A DNA stretch of 64,000 bases from Corallochytrium limacisporum Hawaii (Eukaryota > Protista > Pluriformea), in the NCBI GenBank assembly GCA_002811645.1, contig PDIP01000049.1, positions 56,223 to 120,222 on the forward strand. The letters are read 5' to 3'. The position numbers and the translations under genes were made by a program. Shown piece after piece: positions 55,314 to 64,000 of the stretch. Every line of letters begins with the position of its first letter. The first letter of the stretch is position 1. The notes below the pieces were generated by a model. The model was given only the letters and a program-made list of their open reading frames with translations. It ran no database searches and was not told the DNA's origin.

Positions 55314-55761
55314 ATTCAGGCGGAATCTACTAGACAAACTTAACTTGAATCTCTTCCTTCACATGTTCGACTTGGTTGCAAAACCTGGTTCAAGGTCTAG
55401 TATAGCTTACCAATATCAATCTATTCTGACTTGTCATTCGATACACAAGGCATATACTGAGGCACACAGATTTCTGACCCATAAGTAGCCTTGCAAAACC
55501 CCTGCAAAAGCCCAAACAGTCACAACCTAGCAGACAACAGCCTGCCTCCTGCTTCCCACCAGAACAGCCCTTTTCACGAACAAGTGTGGTCCCGTGCAAA
55601 ATCAGAGGAAATAATGCCTGGCTGGTGCCGTACCTTACCATCCATCCCACTGTTCAGGAGGAGGAAGTGGGGAGGGGAGGGGGGGTGCGGCTGGGTCCAA
55701 ACGAAAACTTTCGCGCCCTTTTCTCCCCTTCCCCAATAAGAGCCCCCCCATTCACCTCTGC

Positions 55762-58443
55762 TCAGCGGACCGGCCCCGACTGTAGGGCCCTGAGGTATCG
55801 CTGATGCCGCCGCAGGTGTTCCATTCTGTGCGACCTCTGCCGCTGCGATCCATTCCCTTCGATGTCAGCGTCGAGCTCATGTGTCCACCGCCGAACCTGT
55901 GAAAGGATCCATTGGGGCACTCCGGAAGCATGAGAGTTTTGGGCAAGCCACCGGTCGGCCGCTGACGAGCCTCGCCGGACGCGGACAATTGTGCACACCG
56001 CCGTGTCCGGCTGGACGATAGCCTCTAGCACTTCCGCGTTCTTGTCCAGACACGCCAACCGCAGCATGACAAAATCTAGCCAAGACTCAGGCTTCTGGGG
56101 AAGGACAGGATGCCCAACTGGACCCGTCATGGGGGACGTGGGGACATCCGGACAGATCACAACGCACAGAACACCGTGTTGAGCAATGCGCATGAGGTAC
56201 GGTGCGAGATCGCGCCCGACAGTGGACTCCGTTGTAACGATGTACAGCACCTGCCATTGAAATGGTACAGCATTTGTCACAGCACACCCGTCTCCCCTAT
56301 CGCAGGGGATGGTCATGTCTTGATCAGTGTTTGAGAGGTAAGCCGTTCTTGTCGCCGCTGATGCATCGTCCGAAACCACGGCAAGGACTAAAGGCATGAC
56401 ACCCACATTATCATCCACACTATTGTGCTGATCGCATACCTCCATCAATAACGTCAGAAAATCATTAGGCCGATCGCTGTTCCCCGGGCCACAGCCCCAA
56501 GTGTGCAGCTGGAAAGCTAGTTTGCCGTTGTTGTGTGGATTGCGCCAGTTGTTGGCCTGGCTTCCCTCTTTTCCGAACAATGCCTCTCGTAGACCATCTT
56601 GCCATTGTTGTCGATGGGGAGTGGAGAGCAATTTCCGCGGAATATTCTGAGCTACTGTTGAAACCATGGTCTCCTTCGGTCTTCCTTCCATCTGATCAGG
56701 CCGGGACACCTCCATGGCCGCGGCCTCGCGGAGAAATCTTTCCTCGATCTCCAGCGAAGCTTCGGACTTTGTCAAGGCCAGGCGGTCCAATACATGGCGC
56801 AAAGCAACCCCAGCTCTGATGCTGCGGTATCCACGCACCCGCACTGTCCGACCATCTCCAAGGTGCGTCGGTGCAAAGACTGGCAGTACCTCACCAGGGA
56901 TTCGCCAGCGTTGAAGTGTCCGACGGTCTGGCATGGATGGGTACCCGTGCGTCTGTAGAGCCCAGGGCAGTGTGCCCAGACCAAAGCAATGCGTCTTCTC
57001 TTGTTCATCTACCGGACAATAAAACAGCGAGTGTTGTTGTAACGGATCCTCTCCACCACCCATAAGGCATGTCCCACCTCGAAACTCTTCCACGACCGAC
57101 GTCAGGATCTCCGGTAGCACTGCCGCCGAGTGGGTGCTGGCATCGTTCACCGTACAATCTGGTCCAAGCTTTTCCAAGCGTTCAAGCCACGCCGGGTCAT
57201 TTAGTGGACCGGCGTAGACCGTAGCAACAGGCCAAGCCATACATGGTTCTTTCTGCGTGTAAATACTGGAGTTACTCTGCTGGCAGTGTTCGCAAGGCAC
57301 TGTGAACTCGCGGACGATCTCTATCGCAGAGGCGACTGAAGCGGCTACTTTCTGTCCGATCATCATTGCTGGCAGTGGAGGAGCGTCCAAGAAAAAGCGA
57401 TGCCCGCACCGTTCGCAGACACATATTGTTCGTGTTGGGGGTTTGGAGGGAGCGTTGGTCAATGCTCCTCCCTGTTTCCGGACCTTCCGCACTGCAATCT
57501 GGATAGCTGAGGTCGGCTTCGGCACGCGGACGGCGTGTAGTAACTTACCCGTATAACCCTGTCCACTGGCCCTTGCTACTGCCTCCAGCATCGCTCCTAT
57601 GGCGAGCCGCAAGGCCACCTCAGAGCGCAAATCTTCAGTGATCTTGCCGGTCAGCGGCCGGTGCCCGGGGGGTAGGATCCAACCAGCGACCTGGCCAAAG
57701 CGGCGCCAGCTAACGTGACGTTCACTGCCCTTCAGCAGAACGCCAGCATCCGTGAAGGTACCGATTATCACTCCATCGTCAGCGAGCATAGTAATGGCGA
57801 GGTCCATGTGTGGCATCGGCGAGCCAAATGGGTCGAGATGGATGAGGTTATATCGATGACTCTCTTGATCCTTATTCCCATGGTCGCTGGTGCATTTGCC
57901 GTTCGTGACAAGTGCCAATGGAACTACAGTCAACGGATCACAGTCTTCAAAGTCCCGGGTGCTCGGATAGAAGGTGATATCAGGTAGACGTTGTGTGGAC
58001 ATCTCTGAATCGTTGATCAGACCGCTCCTGGTTATCTCATATCCCTTCTGCATTAGTGTTCTGCACTGAGGGGAGCGGTCATTACTGACGATCAGTATAG
58101 AACAATAGTTGGTATTGGACTGCTCCCGTGATAACCGGTCTTTTATGTCCAGGTACATTGTGCTCCACATACGGAGCGCACACGCTCCAGTGGCAGCGAA
58201 GCCATCCAGCACCGCCAGCGGCGACGATTTCTCTCTAGGCAGACCCAGTGCCCATTGTCGATCTAGCCACTCTTCGTATAGTGCTCGCAAGGTCTGCACT
58301 GCAAAGTCCCGATTGGGTCGCATGTGGCTGTTGAAGTATCCACCAATCGCCCCCGGAGCAACCGCCACCGCAGGGACCGCGATGGATGCTGCACCCTCTG
58401 AGCAGAAAGTTGCATCGCTGTCTCTGCCACCACCCTCGGCCAT
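55762..58443 (-). CDS. tRNA (guanine-N2,N2)-dimethyltransferase TRM1/TRMT1L-like, with a degenerate second methyltransferase-like repeat
   Basis: YFNSHMRPNRD, VLDGFAATGACALR, IHLDPFGS, GTFTDAGVL, CERCGH and YAGPLND. First ATG at 58443. Confidence 0.8.
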   Translation of the reverse strand: MAEGGGRDSDATFCSEGAASIAVPAVAVAPGAIGGYFNSHMRPNRDFAVQTLRALYEEWLDRQWALGLPREKSSPLAVLDGFAATGACALRMWSTMYLDIKDRLSREQSNTNYCSILIVSNDRSPQCRTLMQKGYEITRSGLINDSEMSTQRLPDITFYPSTRDFEDCDPLTVVPLALVTNGKCTSDHGNKDQESHRYNLIHLDPFGSPMPHMDLAITMLADDGVIIGTFTDAGVLLKGSERHVSWRRFGQVAGWILPPGHRPLTGKITEDLRSEVALRLAIGAMLEAVARASGQGYTGKLLHAVRVPKPTSAIQIAVRKVRKQGGALTNAPSKPPTRTICVCERCGHRFFLDAPPLPAMMIGQKVAASVASAIEIVREFTVPCEHCQQSNSSIYTQKEPCMAWPVATVYAGPLNDPAWLERLEKLGPDCTVNDASTHSAAVLPEILTSVVEEFRGGTCLMGGGEDPLQQHSLFYCPVDEQEKTHCFGLGTLPWALQTHGYPSMPDRRTLQRWRIPGEVLPVFAPTHLGDGRTVRVRGYRSIRAGVALRHVLDRLALTKSEASLEIEERFLREAAAMEVSRPDQMEGRPKETMVSTVAQNIPRKLLSTPHRQQWQDGLREALFGKEGSQANNWRNPHNNGKLAFQLHTWGCGPGNSDRPNDFLTLLMEVCDQHNSVDDNVGVMPLVLAVVSDDASAATRTAYLSNTDQDMTIPCDRGDGCAVTNAVPFQWQVLYIVTTESTVGRDLAPYLMRIAQHGVLCVVICPDVPTSPMTGPVGHPVLPQKPESWLDFVMLRLACLDKNAEVLEAIVQPDTAVCTIVRVRRGSSAADRWLAQNSHASGVPQWILSQVRRWTHELDADIEGNGSQRQRSHRMEHLRRHQRYLRALQSGPVR

Positions 58444-58771
58444 CAATCCGTTCTACATTGGTCACATTGTGACCAGTCCTCATGAAACTTAAATAGCTGA
58501 CACGTGTGGACAGTAACTGATAGCACTGATAGCCTTCGGTCCGAACAAATGTTTGTTTTCAACTACCTTTACTACACCTCTCCCAACTCAACCTCGTTTG
58601 TTGGGAGGACGGCGAGGTGGGGTGCAGCGGAGGACAAGAAGCGAACGCAACATAGCAAAGACTGCGGTGGAAACTCACCGTAACTTTCGCCGTCTTTTTC
58701 ATGCTGAAGGATGGCAAGGCCTTAATATGGAAACCAGTGCATCCTAGTAAATATTGTGTTTGTGTGTTTAT

Positions 58772-60925
58772 TCAAAGCGCGGAGTCCATGTGGTCTGCAT
58801 TCGCACTGTTACCATTTGTTTTCACAGTCGCAGGGGCATTTTCTGCTGCAACTGGTACATCACCGCCGTCCCCCGCGGTGACTGTTGCCTTCAGGTCGTC
58901 TGCCCCTTCTGGAACAGATGTCTCGACCTCCGCAAGGCGCTTCCTATCATTATCATCCGTGCTCATAGCCGACATGCGGTCGCCATCGTACGACATCGCA
59001 TCGTCATTGTTATTGCTGGTGTCGTTCTTTGAACCATCACCATCAGTGCCGTGTTCTTCTGTATGCGCAGCAGCAGCGCCGGCACTGTCTAGTTCCGCGG
59101 GGATTTTCATGACCGTCGGTGGATGAACTGGAGCATTTCCGCTGGAGTCACTATTATGGTGCAGCGCCGGTGTACCAACCCTTCGGTTTGTCGAGGTAGA
59201 CGGTGGCGGCGTCTTGTCCTCATCCATTGATGATGGTCCATTGCTGGGTGCTGCCTGGTCCCCTGGCGTCGATGGAGCCTTTGCATCGGTCGGTTCTGTT
59301 CGAGTCGGGCTCGACTGACTGCGACTGCGAGGCTTCGCATGTCCGCTCAGACTGCGCTTCGATCCACTACCTGTCACAGCCCCTCCTACACCCGCGTTGC
59401 TGGCTGCTGCCGCTGCAGCCGCGGCCGCCAGGTCGGACGAGACCGGCGAAGGGTTGTTCGTCAAGTTCGTTGGCAATGGCCACCGCGCCGCAACCAGGGC
59501 CGGAGTATTGTCAATTTTTGCCTGCACGGCAGCGCTTGCAGCAGCAGCAGCCGCCGCCGCCTTAACCCCTACTCCGACTTTGCCACCCCCAGCAGTACTA
59601 CCGCTACTCGCAGCCGCTCCATCAAACCCAGTAGTGTTGCTTCCGTCTCCGGCCCCTGCAGAACCCATGCTCAACACACCGGGAGCACCCAAGCCTGAGA
59701 TACCCACTCCGGGTATGTGCACAGCTGCGGTTGCCATGCCCATTGGGCCGGCGGTGCCAACCAACTGATCGTCTACGTGGTCTAAACGCGGACGCTTAAA
59801 GTCAGGAGCCCCGGCGAAGGCACCTAGTTCACTGCTGACATGGCTTGCCACGTCAGATTCCGCATCACTGACCTCAAACATTGACTCAAAGTCATTGTCG
59901 AGGACTGAATGGACCATAACGAGTTTCTCCAGACCAAAACAATACTTTCGACAGCTCTTGTAGTGGCGCCAGGGATCAAGGGCTAACTCAATGATGCGCT
60001 GTATCGTAAACGGTGGACCAGGAGCAGTGTTTAGGCGCCGTAGAATTCGGTTGCGGTAGCTCGCAAAGCTCTCATTATCGCCTTCATTACGTCCCATTGT
60101 GTCTGTCCCATCGCTTGCGGTAGCATTCCGCAGAGCGGCCATGCTTTGCATGAGCAGTTCAACTAGTACGGGTTTCACATCTGTCCATTCGTAACGCATG
60201 CTGCCCTCCGTTCCCATTTGCCGGATCGCTTCCCGTAGATCGTTGGGCACCGTGTAAGGCTCACGACCCTCCATGATCGGCCCCCGGCTCTCCCATTCCC
60301 ACCGGAATCGGCGGAAGCGCTGTGAAATACTTTCGTCGCCGGCGGCCGCGGGTGTGCCGCCCGAACTCGCGCTCCAAAGGTTGGGCATCGATGCAGACTG
60401 AGCGCTGCCGTCGCTCAGACCTCCGCCACCCGGGCTTTGTCCCCCTGTTGCTTTGTTAATGATGATGGTGGGTTCGTTGGCATGGTGATGTTGTGATGAT
60501 GATGACGATGAGCTTCCGCGTAGATCGTTTAGACTGTGTGACCCTCCACCAAAGGAGGACGACAATCCTCCCGTCATTGAACCTTCTTTGTGCGGGGCAG
60601 GTGGTGGAGGCATGTCGTCATCTGCATTATTTGTGCTACTATTGCCCTGCTTAATTGCTGCATTTGGCTCGGCTGTTGGTTCTTCCGTTGTTCCTGTAAC
60701 TGACGCAGCATGGGCCGCTTCCTGGGCTGCCAACGCCTCAGATGCTGCCTTCTGTTCCATTGTCGTAGACTGTGTTCCAACATCAGCAGATTCTAAGTCC
60801 GCTGACGGTTCCGTCGCTCCCGGACTGAGAGGATTCTGTGGTGATTTGTGGGCTTTTGGTGACATGGACTCCCCCGATGGTTTATCACTCTCTGAGACTG
60901 CAGGCCGTGTGTCTTCCTGTACCAT
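58772..60925 (-). CDS. PPP4R2: Protein phosphatase 4 regulatory subunit 2
   Basis: YEWTDVKPVL and PPFTIQRIIELALDPWRHYKSCRKYCFGLEKLVMV, flanked by disordered regions. Confidence 0.88.
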   Translation of the reverse strand: MVQEDTRPAVSESDKPSGESMSPKAHKSPQNPLSPGATEPSADLESADVGTQSTTMEQKAASEALAAQEAAHAASVTGTTEEPTAEPNAAIKQGNSSTNNADDDMPPPPAPHKEGSMTGGLSSSFGGGSHSLNDLRGSSSSSSSQHHHANEPTIIINKATGGQSPGGGGLSDGSAQSASMPNLWSASSGGTPAAAGDESISQRFRRFRWEWESRGPIMEGREPYTVPNDLREAIRQMGTEGSMRYEWTDVKPVLVELLMQSMAALRNATASDGTDTMGRNEGDNESFASYRNRILRRLNTAPGPPFTIQRIIELALDPWRHYKSCRKYCFGLEKLVMVHSVLDNDFESMFEVSDAESDVASHVSSELGAFAGAPDFKRPRLDHVDDQLVGTAGPMGMATAAVHIPGVGISGLGAPGVLSMGSAGAGDGSNTTGFDGAAASSGSTAGGGKVGVGVKAAAAAAAASAAVQAKIDNTPALVAARWPLPTNLTNNPSPVSSDLAAAAAAAAASNAGVGGAVTGSGSKRSLSGHAKPRSRSQSSPTRTEPTDAKAPSTPGDQAAPSNGPSSMDEDKTPPPSTSTNRRVGTPALHHNSDSSGNAPVHPPTVMKIPAELDSAGAAAAHTEEHGTDGDGSKNDTSNNNDDAMSYDGDRMSAMSTDDNDRKRLAEVETSVPEGADDLKATVTAGDGGDVPVAAENAPATVKTNGNSANADHMDSAL

Positions 60926-62696
60926 TGTGTTTACAAGTGAGCTCTTTTTAACTGATTGTTGTAACGAAAACTTAATTTGACCGCATGCTTGCTTCCTTTT
61001 TCACTATCGTTAGCTTTGTAAAACGAACATGCTTTTGTTCTGCTAAGAAAGACACTATCGTTGTTTGTTGTTGATATTCGATATGGGATTCACACTATTT
61101 GCATTCATCTTCTTGCCTGATTTTTACATAAAAAGGAAATATAAATGGTCTCACTTTCACCCAATACAAGGAACCGCTATACATTTGTAAATGGAGCTGT
61201 ATTCTCAATAGTTCCCCTGGGTCCAATGATTGACCACATGCCCACAAGTTTCTTTGAACATTCCATATCTTTTGCGGAAATACGTTGATGTCAATTGAAA
61301 GAAACAAACCACGGCATCTTACTACTGATGAAAAAGATATCTATTTACAACTTGATGGAAATTAACAAGCTCAGAATAATAATTCAGTCCGCACGCCGAT
61401 CTACACTGCTTGGACATCTGCCATCCTTCCCAAACCCCTCGTACACACCACAGTGACCACACCCCTGATCCCGGGAACCACCTCCCTGGAACCGTGGGTC
61501 GACCGCTCTTGGGGTTCGGCTGCCACGACGAAATAATGGGAAAAACTTGGGGGCCGGTCCCGTGGCTCTGCCCCCCCCTTTACAGTACTGAAACCACAGG
61601 ATTCTTATGCTTTTCTTTTTGTGGGTGGCTTCGGGCCGCTCGGGTTGTGTCAAAAGGAAAGAGTGGAAAAAAGGTACACCGGAGCGAGAGCCACGGGTCC
61701 AAGCCCACCCAGAACAGCACTACACACGAAAAGACTGAGAGAGATGGAGTGTCCAAGCCCAAAACGTACCTCTTTCACCAACTTCCCTGGCCGCACGCAC
61801 ACACACAGACACACATGCGCGCGCATACCACCTCCCCCAACCTTTTAGGCAGGCCAGAGAGGAACAGCTAAAGTAGACACCAGGGGGAACACGGCTATTC
61901 TTTCCCGTCAAACTGGTGGAGAGGCATTGCCGATTCGAAACAGCCACTTTCCTGTTCTGTGCAGATATTTTGGTCCCACCCGCCGTTTCCTGCAGATCAG
62001 CAGTGGCCCTGGGCAGGTCCGCGTTCCCTCGGTGCTCCGGTGCCCGGTCACAGTGTCATAGCCCGGAGAGGGGTGGAGGCTTCTCTCCGCTCTGGTCCCC
62101 TGTGGTTCCCCACGTTTACAGCAAATCTCTAACACAACGAAGACTGATACAGAAGTGTCAACACCCAGTGGATATTTTATGCCCAGGGACCGAAATGCAC
62201 CGGCTGATTGTCAGTGATGACGAACTGATCTTGTCGTTGACGGTGTCAATTTGACGGCAATTGGCGAGTCCTGGCAGGTCACTTCGTAGGTGTTAGTCAA
62301 GAGAAACAGAGTGGCCCAAGAATAACAAGCAGAGTACCCAAAAACCCAAACAAGCAGATAATAGCCCTGACGAACTCAACACGCAGCGGGATCACATCAG
62401 GAGGCAATAATCAGCAGCAGGTGCAGCTTAATGTCGGATTGATAAATATTTTTTGTGGGTCGCTCTGGTCGTGTAAGCTGGGTTGAGCTTTTTTATCATG
62501 TATGACCCTGGACCCAGCGCCTTAGCGAGAAAGCCTGGGCCACGGGTTGTTGGGCCCGCACTGGCGTGGAGGCCACCGGGCCTAAAACAAAGACCCCAGT
62601 TTCCATGGACCGCTGAATTCCGGTACATTCATCACTGCCTGTCTTAGTCCGCCGGACGAGAGAGAGAGTAAAGGAGGCCTAGAAAGTGGCCCGGGA

Positions 62697-62754
62697 GGGG
62701 GGGGGAGGGTGGTTGGTTGGTTTGGCAAACGGACTCTGCTTGGGAGGGGGGGGG
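62697..62754. promoter_or_regulatory. Two G9 tracts in the PPP4R2/kinase divergent region
   Basis: G runs at 62697-62705 and 62746-62754. Role is inferred. Confidence 0.35.
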
Positions 62755-63526
62755 AAACTTGAGGCAAGGAGGCCGGAAGGGGCCCGGTGGCTTGCGTCCC
62801 GCCGGGCTTGCAGTAGTGAAACTATGGCATCGCGACCAACACAAGCTCGGAACTGCTCCATTTATCTCCCCCCTTTCAGCACTCTCTCGGCTCTCTCGTT
62901 GAGATTTTTCCAACAGGGCCCATTCCAGTACATTGAATACTGCGACGGGCAGCGTCCTTCCCGTTAATTTCATAAAAGTCCCGGATATGTAAATACCAGG
63001 CACGGGTTCCGGCCCAGTAAGGGGTAGGGGGTTAGGGGGATTGCGAGTAAGCGGTGGCGAAGCGGGGATTCCACCGCGGGGGAGGCCAGTGGTTGGTAGG
63101 GAGAAGGAGGGAGACAGGGGGAGAGACCCCCCGCGGGGGAGGGGCGGGGTGTTATGGTTTTTGGCGGGTTTTCTGGGTGCCAACGACGTCGGGTGCTTCC
63201 CCCTTCTTGACCCAAAATCCCCCCGTGGTTTATGCTCAATTTCATTTGTGTTCCTTGACTTTGTGTCATGTCGTGACCTTTGTCGCTGTTGCCACAATGA
63301 ACGAGTGGTATATGAAGATCCATAATTATATAGACAGGGATAGATGGGGTAAGCCCACGGTAGAAAGAACTGGACTAACTAGTAGAGACGCCGGGTGAAC
63401 GTGTTCGGACGCCCAACAGGGAAAAGCAAAACCATGGGTCAGCCGTGAGAGTTTGGGCTTCGTCAAACTGCTTTCAAGGAGTAGAATTGCACAAAACATA
63501 ATGTAGGAGAGAGCTGCTGTCACACT

Positions 63527-64000
63527 ATGGAATCTACAGAGCTGGAAGACACCGGGCAACTAGGCTCGCTGCCGAGTCTCCACGACTTGGCGTTGCAAGC
63601 GAAAGAGCCGTTGTCAAAGCGAAGCTCCTCTTCATCCATCAAAACATCACAAGCACCAGGGTGGTCGGGTACGGATCGACGGCGGGGAAGTGCAGTGGGA
63701 ATAGGAGCCTTCTCCCAAGAGCCGTTGCTAACACCCCGCGATGATACTCTGGAGTTATCCACGGCTTTGGAGAAATCAAGATCCAACACCTCGATACGGT
63801 CCGGAGGCAGCAACCACAGTGGTTCCGTAAATGGATCGGGGAGACCAGTGCGCAGTAACAGCGCTAGACGTCGAGCACTCGAATCTTCGGGTCAGAATCT
63901 TAGTACGTTTATGGAGGGGTCCTCAAACATCAAAGATTATGTAGTACTCGACGACCTGGGCGCCGGCAAGCATGGAGAAGTCAAACGCGCACGGCATATG
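63527..64000 (+). CDS. Ser/Thr protein kinase, 5' part (runs off window; not in ORF track)
   Basis: Frame is open from cactATGg at 63527 to the window end (MESTELED...). Ser-rich N-terminus, then IKDYVVLDDLGAGKHGEVKRARHM, which is kinase subdomain I (GxGxxG-V). Confidence 0.85.
   Translation, partial: MESTELEDTGQLGSLPSLHDLALQAKEPLSKRSSSSSIKTSQAPGWSGTDRRRGSAVGIGAFSQEPLLTPRDDTLELSTALEKSRSNTSIRSGGSNHSGSVNGSGRPVRSNSARRRALESSGQNLSTFMEGSSNIKDYVVLDDLGAGKHGEVKRARHM

Noticed and set aside
61090-61385. AT-rich patch as possible organellar or viral insertion
   Set aside because: No recognisable coding or RNA similarity; consistent with ordinary upstream/UTR sequence.

Overview
Gene-dense eukaryotic nuclear DNA with 22 protein-coding genes (about 39 kb, roughly 60% coding). 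None needs an intron, and start codons mostly have a purine at -3. Genes: alpha/beta hydrolase, SMPD4-like, TBC1D20-like RabGAP, PFDN2, LRR protein, COG2, UBTD, START protein, YME2, an orphan membrane protein, a bacterial-type beta-helix (DUF4955-like) enzyme, Nudix hydrolase, IQCC-motif protein, GRP94, ARL2, two tandem 4-coumarate-CoA-ligase-like enzymes, a secreted GH114/GH166-like hydrolase, HAUS5, TRM1-like, PPP4R2 and the 5' end of a Ser/Thr kinase. The mix of animal-type and fungal-type genes with no introns suggests an intron-poor unicellular opisthokont (Corallochytrium-like; inference only). The most striking non-coding pattern is a long poly(dC)/poly(dG) tract, usually a C(n)G(n) palindrome, in 13 of 16 intergenic regions that contain a gene 5' end. 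It is absent from all 5 convergent gaps and was not seen in the CDSs. Most tracts sit in a halo of degraded, homopolymer-inflated sequence, and all three N-gaps abut C runs. No tRNA, rRNA, CRISPR or mobile element could be supported. Family assignments come from remembered motifs, not from database searches.
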